From positions 896,001 through 960,000 of the forward strand of contig OZ219754.1 in the NCBI GenBank assembly GCA_964291295.2: a stretch of DNA of 64,000 bases, read 5' to 3'. A model generated the notes under the pieces. That model saw nothing but the letters and a program-made list of their open reading frames with translations, ran no database searches and was not told where the DNA came from. Each line of letters begins with the position of its first letter. Position 1 is the first letter of the stretch. The translations under genes were made by a program, and so were the position numbers. Positions 1 to 9,890 of this stretch are shown here, piece after piece. The stretch is from an uncultured Candidatus Binatia bacterium (lineage in GTDB: Bacteria; Desulfobacterota; Binatia; UBA9968; JAJDTQ01).

Positions 1-224
1 GGCACGCTGGCGGCAAAGCCGCCGTCGGTGGATTCCACGGTGAGGTAGTCCAGGTCCGGTGCGGGTTGAAGATGGTCGAGGATGGCCTGAAGCGTCACCG
101 CGCCGCCGACCCGGCCGGGGATCAGCGTGCCGACGTCGGCGACCTGGCCGTCCAGGGCCGCAAGCCGCCGGAAGTCGAGTTCCAGCGCGGGCTTCCCTTC
201 CTGTTCGATGCGCAGACCGCTCAT
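1..224 (-). CDS. Molybdopterin-dependent oxidoreductase-like small protein (partial, runs off left edge)
   Basis: Manual translation MSGLRIEQEGKPALELDFRRLAALDGQVADVGTLIPGRVGGAVTLQAILDHL...YLTVESTDGGFAASV; RBS AGGAGG upstream of ATG at 224; resembles the Oxidored_molyb-like fold. Confidence 0.5.
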   Translation of the reverse strand, partial: MSGLRIEQEGKPALELDFRRLAALDGQVADVGTLIPGRVGGAVTLQAILDHLQPAPDLDYLTVESTDGGFAASV

Positions 225-236
225 GGTTCCCTCCTG

Positions 237-270
237 TGGCCAGCGTACCGTTAACCGCCCGTCTGCTCAA
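237..270 (-). promoter_or_regulatory. Putative sigma70 promoter TTGAGC-N17-TACGCT for the gene at 1..224
   Basis: Minus strand reads TTGAGC agacgggcggttaacgg TACGCT just upstream of the RBS. Confidence 0.4.
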
Positions 271-279
271 GCGTCGCGG
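250..279. repeat. 30-bp imperfect direct repeat, left copy (partner 9891..9920)
   Basis: gttaaccgcccgtctgctcaagcgtcgcgg vs gttacccgcccgtttcctcaagcgtcgcgg, 27/30 identical. Confidence 0.7.
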
Positions 280-337
280 AAGGCGGTGCGGCACGACCCT
301 TGGCGGTTGACGCAGCGGGAAGGAACGCAGCGCCCCC

Positions 338-541
338 TCACCGCTGGTGGCGGATCATGAGCCCTCCCGGACGTGCGCCAGGATCGACCTTGGGTTGCAG
401 GGCAGGCGCCATCAGGTGGGCCAGATGGTGGCGCACGCCCATCGCGGTCATCGCCAGTTGTCGGGCAAGGATGCGCACCGACTGCGGACCGCGGGTTTTC
501 AGGCTGCGCAGGATATGTTCCTGGTTGCGCGCGAGTCGCAC
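338..541 (-). pseudogene. Truncated winged-HTH transcriptional regulator (SufR/ArsR-like N-terminus only)
   Basis: QEHILRSLKTRGPQSVRILARQLAMTAMGVRHHLAHL is an HTH pattern, followed by unrelated sequence and an early stop. Confidence 0.6.
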
Positions 542-641
542 GGCAAGCTCCTGTATGCCTTTTCGTGGTTTATCGGTATGCGGGGCGAAAGGTTTACCTG
601 CGCGGCGGCGCGTCCGGGGCCGGAAGCGGCCGCGCCGCGAA

Positions 642-718
642 TTGCAATCGCCCCCGCGATTCGGTTATAAATCGCGGCACAATATTTCGCCGCGCCAGCG
701 ATGCGGCGGAATATTGGG
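642..718 (+). promoter_or_regulatory. Putative sigma70 promoter (TTGCAA-N18-TATAAA) and 5'UTR hairpin of the autotransporter
   Basis: TTGCAA 642-647, TATAAA 666-671; stem caatatttcgccgc/gcggcggaatattg; RBS AGGAGG at 722-727. Confidence 0.4.
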
Positions 719-734
719 GGCAGGAGGACGAGCC

Positions 735-3700
735 ATGGCCGTAACTGCGACAAATACGCGACAAATACAAGCGCGAAGACGACGGGCGATCTTGCCGCGG
801 CTGTTCTGGCGGGGCGCGAGCGCCTCGCGCGCGAACCCCGTACCCCCCCCCCCCCCCCCGAAAACCGGCTGCGGGGCTGAGCCGGTGAACGCCCTCCGGA
901 GAGCCGGACATGGGCTGAAGGCCGCGTTCACCGCCGGCCTGCTGTTGGCGTTGGCCGCTGTCCTCGCGCCCCAGGACGCAGGGGCGCAAGACTTCACGAT
1001 CACCGTGGGACCGGGCTCCAAACAGGTCACCCTGAACTACCGAACAAGCCGGCCTCCAAGCTCGATCCGGGAATGGGGCTACCAAGTGGGAACCTCCTCG
1101 AGAAATTACCAAAGCAACGTAGCCATTCCCGACTCCGGAGGAAAAAGCTCGGGGTCGCATGTCGTGTCCGGCCTGACCTCGGGGGAAACCTACTACTTCC
1201 GCATACGGACGACCTCTACGGACGGCGCCAACACCTTTGGCAACGAGGTCTCCGTGACGCTGCCGACTGTCACCCTCACGGTGAACGGAAACGATGGATG
1301 GTTCGGTTTCGAGTGGGTGTACGACGGCCCGACTGACGGCGCGGTGAGCTGGCAGCTCGAGTGGATCCGGCTCTCGGACCGAAACGGAGAGGGCCGGTGG
1401 CTTGATTTACCCGGCGGCGTCGCCCTCAGAGCATACAGCTACAGCGCAACCAACGGCGAGACTGGCATCTTCCGGGTTCGGCTGGTGGGTCCGGGCGGGC
1501 GGACCACGATCGCGTCGAGCACCGTCAACAACCAGGGCTGGGTCGAGGCCACGCCGCGGGCGGCGACCCCGACGCTGGTCTCCACTGCGAGCCGGACCTT
1601 GGCAGTGACTCCGGGCGGGACGGTGAATGCGTGCTTCAACCTGCTTTCGGTCACGGCGGGCGACACGACGTATCTGGAGGCGCGCCCCGGCCAGACGGCT
1701 GTCGCCCAGCATGCGGCGCTGTCGCACGGCACCCACGGTGTCCGGATCTCGAGCAATGTCGACGGCGTGCGGACGGAAGTCGGCCAGAACCTGTATCCCT
1801 GCGCCGCGCTGGGCGTCGGCGTCCATACGGTCCGCTGGCACTGGAAGGGCCATGACGGCACGGCGGCGACGGAGGCGTCTACATCCACCACGTTCACCGT
1901 CGTGCAGGTTCCCGACCGGACGAAGGACCTGAGCGCCAACCCGGTTTCCGGCAAACCGGGTGAGATCTTTCTGAGGTGGCGCGATCCGATCGAATCCGGG
2001 ATCACCTGGGAATATCAGTACAAGGAGGGCGCCGGGAGTTACGGTGCGTGGACGGCGGCTTCGCTTCAGTCTACGGGTATCCCGGATACCCTCGGAACCA
2101 CCGTGACGGGCCTGAAGCCCGGCACGACATACACGTTCCAGGTCCGGGCGCGGAATGACGGCGGCGCCGGCGCGGCCTCCGCGGAGGAGAGCGCGACCAC
2201 TGTCGCGCCTTTGGTGCCGGCTGCGCCGACGGGGTTTGCGGCATCTCCGGGGAGCACGAAGGTGTGGCTGACCTGGACCGACCCGGAGGACGCCAGCATC
2301 ACCGGCTGGGAGTATCAGCAGAAGGCGGGGGGCGGGAGTTACGGTTCGTGGACAGCGGTTACGGGTTCGACGGCGACGACGACACACGTCGAAGTGACGG
2401 GTCTGACCAACGACACGGCCTATGCGTTCAAGCTTCGGGCGGTGAGCGATGCCGGCAACGGTACGGCGTCGGCTGAACAGACGGCCACGCCGGGGGCTCA
2501 GGTTGCGGCGGTGCTGACGGGCACGGCGGGCGCCGACGGCGCGCATGATCTCACTTGGACGACGACCTCCGGCGGCCCGCACAGGATCGTCAACAACGCC
2601 AATCACATCGGCCTCTGGTACGCGTATTACCGGGCCAGGGGTAGAACAACATGGGGCGGGCCGAGCTACACGGGCGGCGCCGGCACCCGGAAATGGTCAA
2701 CTTCGGGGTCGCCGCACGGCGCGGTTTTTGAGTATCTCGTCCAGCCGGCCGGGTCTCGCATCATCGCCGGCCTCGGCTCCTTCAACTGGAAAGGCCCGGA
2801 GTCCAATGTGATCGAGCTGACGGTCAACAAGCCGGATTCGCCGGCGCTGACGTTCGCGGATGCGCCGGTGACGGTTTCGCCGGGACAGACGGCGACCTAC
2901 ACGGTGAAGCTGAACCAGGCGTTTGCGGGGACGCTTGCGCTGTCGAGTTCGGCGGCGGGCAAGGCGAGGGTGAGTCCGTCGAGCCTGACGTTCACGACGA
3001 GCAACTACAACGTGGCGCGGGCGGTGACGGTGACCGGGGTGGCGGCGGGGACGGCGACGCTCAACCATGCGTTCACGCTGACGGGGGCCTCGAAGACGTT
3101 CATCCCGGATGCGGGGACGGTGTCGGTAACGGTGGGCTCGGGCGGGGGCCAGGTTCCGGCGAAGCCGACGGTGTTTGCAGCGGCGGCGGGCAACGGGCAG
3201 GCGGTGCTGACGTGGGCCAACCCGAACAACGCGAGCATCACGGGCTACAAGCTGCGCTACGCCAAGACGGGCGACAGGAGCAGCGCGACGTGGACCGCCA
3301 TCCCGGGTTCGGGCGCGACCACCGCGACCCACACGGTGATGGGGCTGGACAACGATGCCGAATACAGCTTCCGGCTGCGCGCGGTGAACGGCGCGGGCGA
3401 CGGTGCCGCCACCGACTGGGTGACGGCGACACCCTCGTCGGCGCCGGCGGCGCTGGCGAAGCCGGTGAAGCCGGTTCTGACGGCGGCGGCGGGCGACGGC
3501 TCGGTCACCCTGAGCTGGAGCGCCCAGACGGATATCGCGAGTTGGGTCTACCAGTACAAGAGCGGGGCCGGCAGCTGGAGCGCGACCCGGACGGTTTCGG
3601 ACGGGAGTGCCACGAGTACGGAGGTGACGGGGCTGACGAACGGGACGGCCTACACGTTCCGGCTGTTCGCCCGGCGCGGCAGCGGCGCCTCGGCCGTTCA

Positions 3701-6700
3701 GTCGGTGTGGTCGGACGAGGTGACGGCGACGCCGGTGGGGGTGGTGGTTTCGAAGTCGGCGCTGACGGTGGCGGAAGGAGCGAGCGGGGCCTACACGGTG
3801 AAGTTGAGCACGGCGCCGTCGTCGGATGTGACGGTGACGGTGGGCGGCGCGTCGGGCGACGTGACGGTGAGTCCGCCGAGCCTGACGTTCACCAGCACCA
3901 GCTACAACACGGCGCAGACGGTGACGGTGAGCGCGGCGCAGGACCCCGACGGGGACACGGACCCGGCGGTGACGCTGTCGCACAGCGCGTCGGGCGGGGG
4001 CTACGGCTCGGTTGCGGTCGACAATGTGGTGGTGACGGTAACGGAGGACGACACGAAGGGGGTGACGGTGTCGTCCGGCGCGCTGACGGTGGTGGAAGGG
4101 GGGACCGGGAGCTACACGGTGAAGCTGGACACGCAGCCGTCGGGAGAGGTGGTGGTGACGGTGGAGGGCGCGTCGGGGGATGTGACGGTGCCGGATTCGC
4201 AGTTGCGGTTTGCTGTGAACAACTGGAGCGAGGCGCAGACGGTGACGGTGAACGCCGCCCTGGATACGGACGCGGACACGGACCCCGACGTGACGTTGAC
4301 CCACGGCGTGTCGGGCGGCGGCTACGGCTCGGTGAGCATCGCAGACGTGGTGGTGAGCGTGACCGAGGCGGTTTCGCTGCCGGCCGCGCCGACGGGCCTC
4401 ACCGCCACGGGGGGCAACGGGCAGGTGGTGCTGACGTGGAGCAACCCGAGCGATGCGAGCATCACCGGCTACGAGCTGAGCCACGGCAAGACGGGCGTCA
4501 GGGGGAGCGCGGCCTGGACCGCGATTTCGAGTGCGGGCGCCACCACGACGACCCACACGGTGACGGGCCTGGACAACGACAGCGAGTACAGCTTCCGGCT
4601 GCGCGCGGTGAACCCTGCGGGCAATGGCGCCGAGACGGGCTGGGTGACGGCGACGCCGCAGACGCCGACGGTGCCCGGCGTGACGGTATCGACCGCTGCG
4701 CTGCGGGTGGCGGAGGGCGGCTCCGGCACGTACACGGTGAGGCTGGACACGGCGCCGTCGAGCGATGTGACGGTGACGGTGGACGGCGCGTCGGGGGACG
4801 TGACGGTAACGGGCACGCCGCTGACCTTCACCCCGAGCGACTGGACCGTCCCGCAGACGGTGACGGTGAACGCGGGGACGGACACGGACACGGACACGGA
4901 CCCCGACGTGACGCTGACGCACGGCGCGTCGGGGGGCGGCTACGGTTCGGTGAGCATCGCCTCGGTGGTGGTGAGCGTGGTGGAGAGCGGCGTGGCGCCG
5001 GCGAAGCCGACGGGCCTTGCCGCTGCGGCGGGCGACGGCTCGGTGACGCTGAGCTGGGCCGACCTGACGAACCCTACGGTCACGAAGTGGCAATACCGGC
5101 AGAAGGCCGTCGGCGGGGCTTGGGGCAAGTGGACGGACATGGACGGCTCCGATGCCGGCACGACCCGCCACGAGGTGAGGGGGTTGACCAACGGCACCGC
5201 CTACCAGTTCGAGGTGCGCGCGGTGAACGCGGCCGGCCCGGGGGCGGGCCCGGATGCGCCGGCGAGCGCGACGCCGGTGGCGGCTTCCGGCGGCGGCGGT
5301 GGCCCGACGGCCCCCCCGCCCCCAACTCCCGCGGCGGTCGGGGTGACGGTGACGCCGACCGCGCTGACGGTGGAGGAGGGGAGCAGCGCCACCTACACGG
5401 TGAAGCTGGACACCGAGCCGTCGGCGGATGTGACGGTGAGGGTGAGCGGCGCGTCGGGCGAGGTGACGGTGACGGGGTCTCCGCTCACCTTCACGCCGGG
5501 CGATTACAGCACGGCGCAGACGATCACGGTGAATGCCGGGGCCGACGACGACACGACCGACGACAGGGCGACGTTGACGCATGCGGCTTCCAGCAGTGAC
5601 CCGGACTACGGGGCGTCGCTTGAGATCGATGACGTCGAGGTGACGGTCACCGACACGACGCCGTTGCCGGTGCTGACGCTGGCGCAGGACCCTGCTGCGG
5701 TGGCCGAAGGAGAGGACATCCGTCTCGTGGTGACCGCCGACCGGGCGCTGACGGGCAGTCTGCGAGTGAGCTTGACGCTGGCGGCGCGCGGTGCCGGCGG
5801 CTTCGATGCCGGGGACGTTCCGGGCGGGCTCGGGCCGAGGCTGTTCGATGCGTTGTTCGGCGCCGCGGGGAGCCGGACGGGAGTGGTGACGATTCCGACG
5901 GCGGCGGATACGGATGTGGAAGGCGCGGAGGGCTACCGGGTGACGCTGAACGATGCGGCGGACTACACGGTGGGGAGCGACGCCACGGCCGCGGGTGTGC
6001 TGCGCGACCGGGCGCCGGAGTCTGCGGCGCGGGCGAACCGGGTGAATGCCGCAGTGCTGCCGCAAGTGGCTGCGGCGGCGATGTCGCAGACGCTGGGGGC
6101 GGTGACGGGGCGCATCGAGGCGGCGGCGTCCGGCAAGTCGGGCGGCTCGATGCAGTTCGGCGCCCTGCCGTCGCCGGTGGAGGATGACCGGGCCGTGCTG
6201 CCGCGTTGGGATCGTTCCGGCCCGACCTTGCGCGAGATGCTGGACGGGGCGTCCTTCACGCTGGCGCCCGGCAGTGCCGCCGGCGAGGCGTTCCCGGCTC
6301 CGCTTGCGGTATGGGGCCGGGGCGAGTGGGTATCGGTGTCGGGTTCGGAGAAGGACGTGTCGTGGGACGGCGGGCTGTGGTCGGCGCAGTTGGGGGCGGA
6401 CCTGCGGGTGCGCCCGGACTTGCTGGCCGGGGCGGCGCTGTCCCATGCGTGGGGCGAACTGGACACGGAGACGAGCGGCGGCGGCGGTCGGGTGAAGGGC
6501 GTGCACGAGACGGTGGTCACGTCGTTCAACCCCTATGCGGCGTGGCTGGCACCGGACGGCTCGACCCTGTGGGCAAGCCTCGGCTACGGCCGGGGCGAGG
6601 TGCGGGTCCGGGAGAAGGGTGCGCCGGTGCGCAGCGCCGGCCTGACGCAGTGGAGTGCGTCTGCGGGCGGTCGGGGCGTACTGGCCGAGGATGCGGCGCT

Positions 6701-7421
6701 GATCGGGGGCGGGGTGACGCGCCTTGCGTTGAAGGGCGAGGGTTCGGCCGCGCGTTTGCGCACGGGGGCCGATGACGGTCTGACGGCGCTGACGGTGAAG
6801 ACGACGCGGCTGCGTCTGCTGCTGGAGGGGTCGTACGAGCACGCGCTGGAGGGCGGTGCGACGCTGACGCCGGTGCTGGAGGCGGGGGTGCGTCATGACG
6901 GGGGCGACGCCGCCGAAGGGGCGGGCCTTGAGGCCGGTGCGAGCGTGACCTGGCGGGACCCGGCGGCGGGTCTGACGGCGGCGTTGCGCGCGCGGCTTCT
7001 GGCGGTGCATGAGGCGGACCGCGACGAGTGGGGGGTGAGCGCGCTGGTGCGCCTCGACCCCGGGGCCGACGGTCGGGGGACGTTCCTGAGCTTCGGTCCC
7101 GCGCACGGGCGAACGGAGAGCGGTCTCGGGCAGTGGTTCGACCACAGCCTGCCCGCGGCCGCATCCGGCGCGGCGCCGGAAGAGGCGCGGAGCCGTCTGG
7201 AGGCCGAGGTGGGCCACGGGTTCGGCCTTACCGGTCCGGGGCCTCTGGCGGTGCTGACGCCCTGGGCCGGGCTGAGTCTGGCGGAGACGGGCGGGCGCAC
7301 GCTGCGGCTCGGCGTGCGCTACCGCCTTGGTACGAGGCTTTCGCTCGGCCTCGAGGGCGCGCACCGGCCGGGCCCGGCTCCCGAAGACAGCCTCCTGCTG
7401 CGCGGCGCGCTCCGCTGGTAG
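735..7421 (+). CDS. Giant autotransporter adhesin with fibronectin type III and Calx-beta/Ig-like repeats
   Basis: Signal peptide ...LLLALAAVLAPQDAGA-Q; about 9 FN3-like units (PxxPTGxxAxxGxGxVxLxW...GLxNxTxYxFxLRAVN); about 5 VTVSxxALTVxEGxxxxYTVKL units; C-terminal beta-barrel (VWGRG...GAD...EAGVRHDGGDA...ALRW). Start ATG735 with RBS; alternative GTG884. Confidence 0.85.
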   Translation: MAVTATNTRQIQARRRRAILPRLFWRGASASRANPVPPPPPPKTGCGAEPVNALRRAGHGLKAAFTAGLLLALAAVLAPQDAGAQDFTITVGPGSKQVTLNYRTSRPPSSIREWGYQVGTSSRNYQSNVAIPDSGGKSSGSHVVSGLTSGETYYFRIRTTSTDGANTFGNEVSVTLPTVTLTVNGNDGWFGFEWVYDGPTDGAVSWQLEWIRLSDRNGEGRWLDLPGGVALRAYSYSATNGETGIFRVRLVGPGGRTTIASSTVNNQGWVEATPRAATPTLVSTASRTLAVTPGGTVNACFNLLSVTAGDTTYLEARPGQTAVAQHAALSHGTHGVRISSNVDGVRTEVGQNLYPCAALGVGVHTVRWHWKGHDGTAATEASTSTTFTVVQVPDRTKDLSANPVSGKPGEIFLRWRDPIESGITWEYQYKEGAGSYGAWTAASLQSTGIPDTLGTTVTGLKPGTTYTFQVRARNDGGAGAASAEESATTVAPLVPAAPTGFAASPGSTKVWLTWTDPEDASITGWEYQQKAGGGSYGSWTAVTGSTATTTHVEVTGLTNDTAYAFKLRAVSDAGNGTASAEQTATPGAQVAAVLTGTAGADGAHDLTWTTTSGGPHRIVNNANHIGLWYAYYRARGRTTWGGPSYTGGAGTRKWSTSGSPHGAVFEYLVQPAGSRIIAGLGSFNWKGPESNVIELTVNKPDSPALTFADAPVTVSPGQTATYTVKLNQAFAGTLALSSSAAGKARVSPSSLTFTTSNYNVARAVTVTGVAAGTATLNHAFTLTGASKTFIPDAGTVSVTVGSGGGQVPAKPTVFAAAAGNGQAVLTWANPNNASITGYKLRYAKTGDRSSATWTAIPGSGATTATHTVMGLDNDAEYSFRLRAVNGAGDGAATDWVTATPSSAPAALAKPVKPVLTAAAGDGSVTLSWSAQTDIASWVYQYKSGAGSWSATRTVSDGSATSTEVTGLTNGTAYTFRLFARRGSGASAVQSVWSDEVTATPVGVVVSKSALTVAEGASGAYTVKLSTAPSSDVTVTVGGASGDVTVSPPSLTFTSTSYNTAQTVTVSAAQDPDGDTDPAVTLSHSASGGGYGSVAVDNVVVTVTEDDTKGVTVSSGALTVVEGGTGSYTVKLDTQPSGEVVVTVEGASGDVTVPDSQLRFAVNNWSEAQTVTVNAALDTDADTDPDVTLTHGVSGGGYGSVSIADVVVSVTEAVSLPAAPTGLTATGGNGQVVLTWSNPSDASITGYELSHGKTGVRGSAAWTAISSAGATTTTHTVTGLDNDSEYSFRLRAVNPAGNGAETGWVTATPQTPTVPGVTVSTAALRVAEGGSGTYTVRLDTAPSSDVTVTVDGASGDVTVTGTPLTFTPSDWTVPQTVTVNAGTDTDTDTDPDVTLTHGASGGGYGSVSIASVVVSVVESGVAPAKPTGLAAAAGDGSVTLSWADLTNPTVTKWQYRQKAVGGAWGKWTDMDGSDAGTTRHEVRGLTNGTAYQFEVRAVNAAGPGAGPDAPASATPVAASGGGGGPTAPPPPTPAAVGVTVTPTALTVEEGSSATYTVKLDTEPSADVTVRVSGASGEVTVTGSPLTFTPGDYSTAQTITVNAGADDDTTDDRATLTHAASSSDPDYGASLEIDDVEVTVTDTTPLPVLTLAQDPAAVAEGEDIRLVVTADRALTGSLRVSLTLAARGAGGFDAGDVPGGLGPRLFDALFGAAGSRTGVVTIPTAADTDVEGAEGYRVTLNDAADYTVGSDATAAGVLRDRAPESAARANRVNAAVLPQVAAAAMSQTLGAVTGRIEAAASGKSGGSMQFGALPSPVEDDRAVLPRWDRSGPTLREMLDGASFTLAPGSAAGEAFPAPLAVWGRGEWVSVSGSEKDVSWDGGLWSAQLGADLRVRPDLLAGAALSHAWGELDTETSGGGGRVKGVHETVVTSFNPYAAWLAPDGSTLWASLGYGRGEVRVREKGAPVRSAGLTQWSASAGGRGVLAEDAALIGGGVTRLALKGEGSAARLRTGADDGLTALTVKTTRLRLLLEGSYEHALEGGATLTPVLEAGVRHDGGDAAEGAGLEAGASVTWRDPAAGLTAALRARLLAVHEADRDEWGVSALVRLDPGADGRGTFLSFGPAHGRTESGLGQWFDHSLPAAASGAAPEEARSRLEAEVGHGFGLTGPGPLAVLTPWAGLSLAETGGRTLRLGVRYRLGTRLSLGLEGAHRPGPAPEDSLLLRGALRW
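843..859 (+). repeat. C17 homopolymer in 5' region of autotransporter
   Basis: 17 consecutive C, encoding PPPPPP in frame from ATG735. Confidence 0.9.
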
Positions 7422-7463
7422 GAAACGCCCGGCGATGACGCGCACCGCCGAAGAGGCGGGCGA

Positions 7464-7691
7464 TCATGGGGCGGCGGTGTCGTCCGCGAGGTTCCCCCGG
7501 AGGCTCCCGGCGACGCGCGCCGCCGACGCCTTCACCGAGTCGCGCGCGAGGTTCGGGTCGCGGGCCGTGGTCTGCACTTTCCGGTGACCGAGCATCCTGC
7601 CGATTATCGGCAGAATCTCGCCAAGCGCGAGAGCCCTGCTGTCACGACCGTGTCTGATCTCACGGACACGAACGTCATCCTCGAATGCCAC
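7464..7691 (-). pseudogene. Tyrosine recombinase/integrase C-terminal remnant
   Basis: DVRVREIRHGRDSRALALGEILPIIGRMLGHRKVQTTARDPNLARDSVKASAARVA matches the HDLRHxxAS...LGH..xxTT.RY pattern, with catalytic His and Tyr lost. Confidence 0.8.
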
Positions 7692-8156
7692 CCCAAGGAT
7701 GCCACCACAAGGGTTGGTGGCGAGCGCTGACGGGCGGCTATTCGGTCGAAACCGTCGAGGACTGCGTGGCGGAAACGCAGACGGGTTTTCAGCGCCGGCG
7801 GCCCGAGCAACGGATCGACATCGTGGAACTGCGCGTGTCGCTGACGGCGGTTCACATTGTCGGGGATCGCCAGCTTGCTGAACCGGGCGTGCGGATATCC
7901 GACATTACGCTGGACCGGGGCGGGGTCTTGCTCCGGGCGCAGGCGGTCCAGCGGGGCGATGCCTGGCTGTCATTCGGGCCGGACAGCGCCAGCCTGCGCT
8001 TCGGGGTCCGGCTCGGATGCCGCGAGCGGCGGGTGTCCCTGGAAAGGCTGCCAAGGTCGCAGGTCACCGGTCAAGTCCGGCACTGAGAGAGGCGTACACA
8101 AGAAGCTGGCACGACAGGACGGTTGGCCAACTGGTTCTTGCGGAGCAATGCGGGGC

Positions 8157-8609
8157 ATGAAGCGGCATCTGACGCAGCGATCGGCCGGTTTGCAAGGGCT
8201 GGCGGCTGTCCTGCTCGTCCTGGCAGCTGGAGCCGGTATTGGCGGGTATCTTTATTTCCAGGGGCGCGGCGACGCCCCCGGGAACGGTTTGCCGATCGTG
8301 TCGGTTACCGTGCCCGAGACCCTCTCGGTGCGGGCGCAACTTGGGCGAAGGACCTACGAAGCCCGCTGCGCCGCATGCCACGGCCGGCATGCGGCGGGAC
8401 AGGACGGAGTCGCCCCGCCGCTGATCCACATCATCTACGAGCCCGGCCATCACGGTGACGAGTCGTTCCAGCGGGCGGTGGCCCGGGGTGTCCGGGCGCA
8501 CCACTGGCGTTTTGGGGACATGCCGCCGATGGACGGTCTTACCCGCCGCGACGTGGCGCCGGTCATCGCCTATGTCCGGGAATTGCAACGGGCCAACGGC
8601 ATCCGATGA
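8157..8609 (+). CDS. Membrane-anchored class I cytochrome c
   Basis: N-terminal TM helix, CAACH heme motif, YEPGHHGD...HHWRFGDMPP with distal Met; start 8148 or 8157. Confidence 0.85.
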   Translation: MKRHLTQRSAGLQGLAAVLLVLAAGAGIGGYLYFQGRGDAPGNGLPIVSVTVPETLSVRAQLGRRTYEARCAACHGRHAAGQDGVAPPLIHIIYEPGHHGDESFQRAVARGVRAHHWRFGDMPPMDGLTRRDVAPVIAYVRELQRANGIR

Positions 8610-8619
8610 GGGAGCGACC

Positions 8620-8850
8620 GTGAGAACGTTCCTCTGGCCGTAATCCTCGCCCGGTGCGGCGGCCCCGGCACTGTCCCATTCCGCCCTCGACGCCACCGCG
8701 CTGGAGGACGACGCCGTGCTGGCGCAGACGCCGCCGCACGTCGTCCTCATCTTCGCCAAACTCATACGCCTGACGCGGGTCCGCGTGACCGATGACGACG
8801 GAGCCGCGAGCGGTCTTGACCTGGGCGGCGGCCCGGCGCCGGGCCGACAA
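8620..8850 (+). pseudogene. copC: CopC copper-resistance protein remnant (frameshifted/truncated)
   Basis: GTG8620 with RBS, early TAA, then AAAPALS-HSALDATALEDDAVLAQTPPHVVLIFAKLIRLTRVRVTD, a CopC-like N-terminus with His1; C-terminal half absent. Confidence 0.6.
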
Positions 8851-9084
8851 TTATCATATACAAGCAGCCAGTTGGTCGTTTGCCGGGGGGAGCCCGGCTT
8901 GAGGACTCGACAGCCTTGCGGACCGCGATGTGCGGCATGACCGCGACCCGGTGACGTTACCCAGAGTCCCCCATAAACGGCCGTACCGGAAATTTGCCCC
9001 GGGCAAGCGCTTCGATTCGGTTTTGGATCGGGGCGGGGTCGGAGGTCCGGTAGGACGGGGCGAACAGGAAATTGAAACTTGCCG

Positions 9085-9588
9085 TCAATTGCTCAGGCCG
9101 AACCGATTCTCCACGGCCAGCATCACCGCCCGCGCGTTTTCGGCTTCGTCCTGGGCTGTCCTCACCTTCCCCGTGAAATCTCCTGCATCGTTGAATTCCA
9201 AGTGTGCCTTCTCGTGGACGAGCTCTCGCCTTGCGCATTGCAGTTGTGCAACCTTCCTCAGTAGTTCTTCGTCCCCGCAATCGAGCAACCTCAATTTGTT
9301 TTCGTAGCTGGAGTGGTCGATTTTCTCCGTGTAGCCCTCTCTGCCGCGTCTCCCGACCATCAGAAGATGCAAGGCAGCTTCCAGCCAGATGCAGGTAAAG
9401 ACAATGGAGATCATCGCCTGTTTGAACGACGACCGCTCAGGATCGAAGGTCTTGACGACAACATTGCTTTTCTCCGGTCCCGGCCGGACATTCACATCCA
9501 TGTCTGCCGACATCGCCCTGCAGGCATCGTCCGCCATGGATCTGTAAACGTCGATATTCGTCAGAGGCAGCCTCGGTGCTGAGATCAT
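9085..9588 (-). CDS. Hypothetical protein with HEPN-like RxxxxH motif
   Basis: 167 aa, lower GC; helical pattern IVFTCIWLEAALH and RRELVH. Confidence 0.55.
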   Translation of the reverse strand: MISAPRLPLTNIDVYRSMADDACRAMSADMDVNVRPGPEKSNVVVKTFDPERSSFKQAMISIVFTCIWLEAALHLLMVGRRGREGYTEKIDHSSYENKLRLLDCGDEELLRKVAQLQCARRELVHEKAHLEFNDAGDFTGKVRTAQDEAENARAVMLAVENRFGLSN

Positions 9589-9890
9589 GTTCCCACTCCT
9601 TCTCGCGCTTTCCCTGCACGACAGTGCACCACATGCTGAAACCGAAGCCGCGAATACATGGCGGAAGGTCGCAAAGTCGCCCGGAACCCTCCCGGATTCG
9701 TCCCCTTCCTGGCGGTGGCGCGAGCCGGTGCTGTTCCCGACGGTTTCGACGATTCTGCGGTGCAGGACGGCGTCCGGATCGATGAGCCGGGTTCGCGATC
9801 CGTTGAGAAAGCTCTGGTGCAGGCTGGTCAGAGGCCAAGCCCGGACAGTGTTGCTTCAGGTGGAACTTGGTCACAACTGGAGATCCCGTC

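Noticed and set aside
300-734. ORF-track N-terminal extension of the autotransporter
   Set aside because: Overlaps the opposite-strand HTH remnant and the predicted promoter; RBS supports ATG735.
2697-7445. 1582-aa antisense ORF and other long shadow ORFs (e.g. 24068..25921, 26611..28818, 37173..39458)
   Set aside because: Antisense to well-supported genes, biased composition, no motifs; expected at high GC.
7685-8086. 133-aa ORF next to the integrase remnant
   Set aside because: No recognisable family or RBS; may be gene debris but cannot be supported.
9720-9800. Weak resemblance to 37195..37270 upstream of the P450 fusion
   Set aside because: Similarity is too short and gapped to distinguish from chance by eye.
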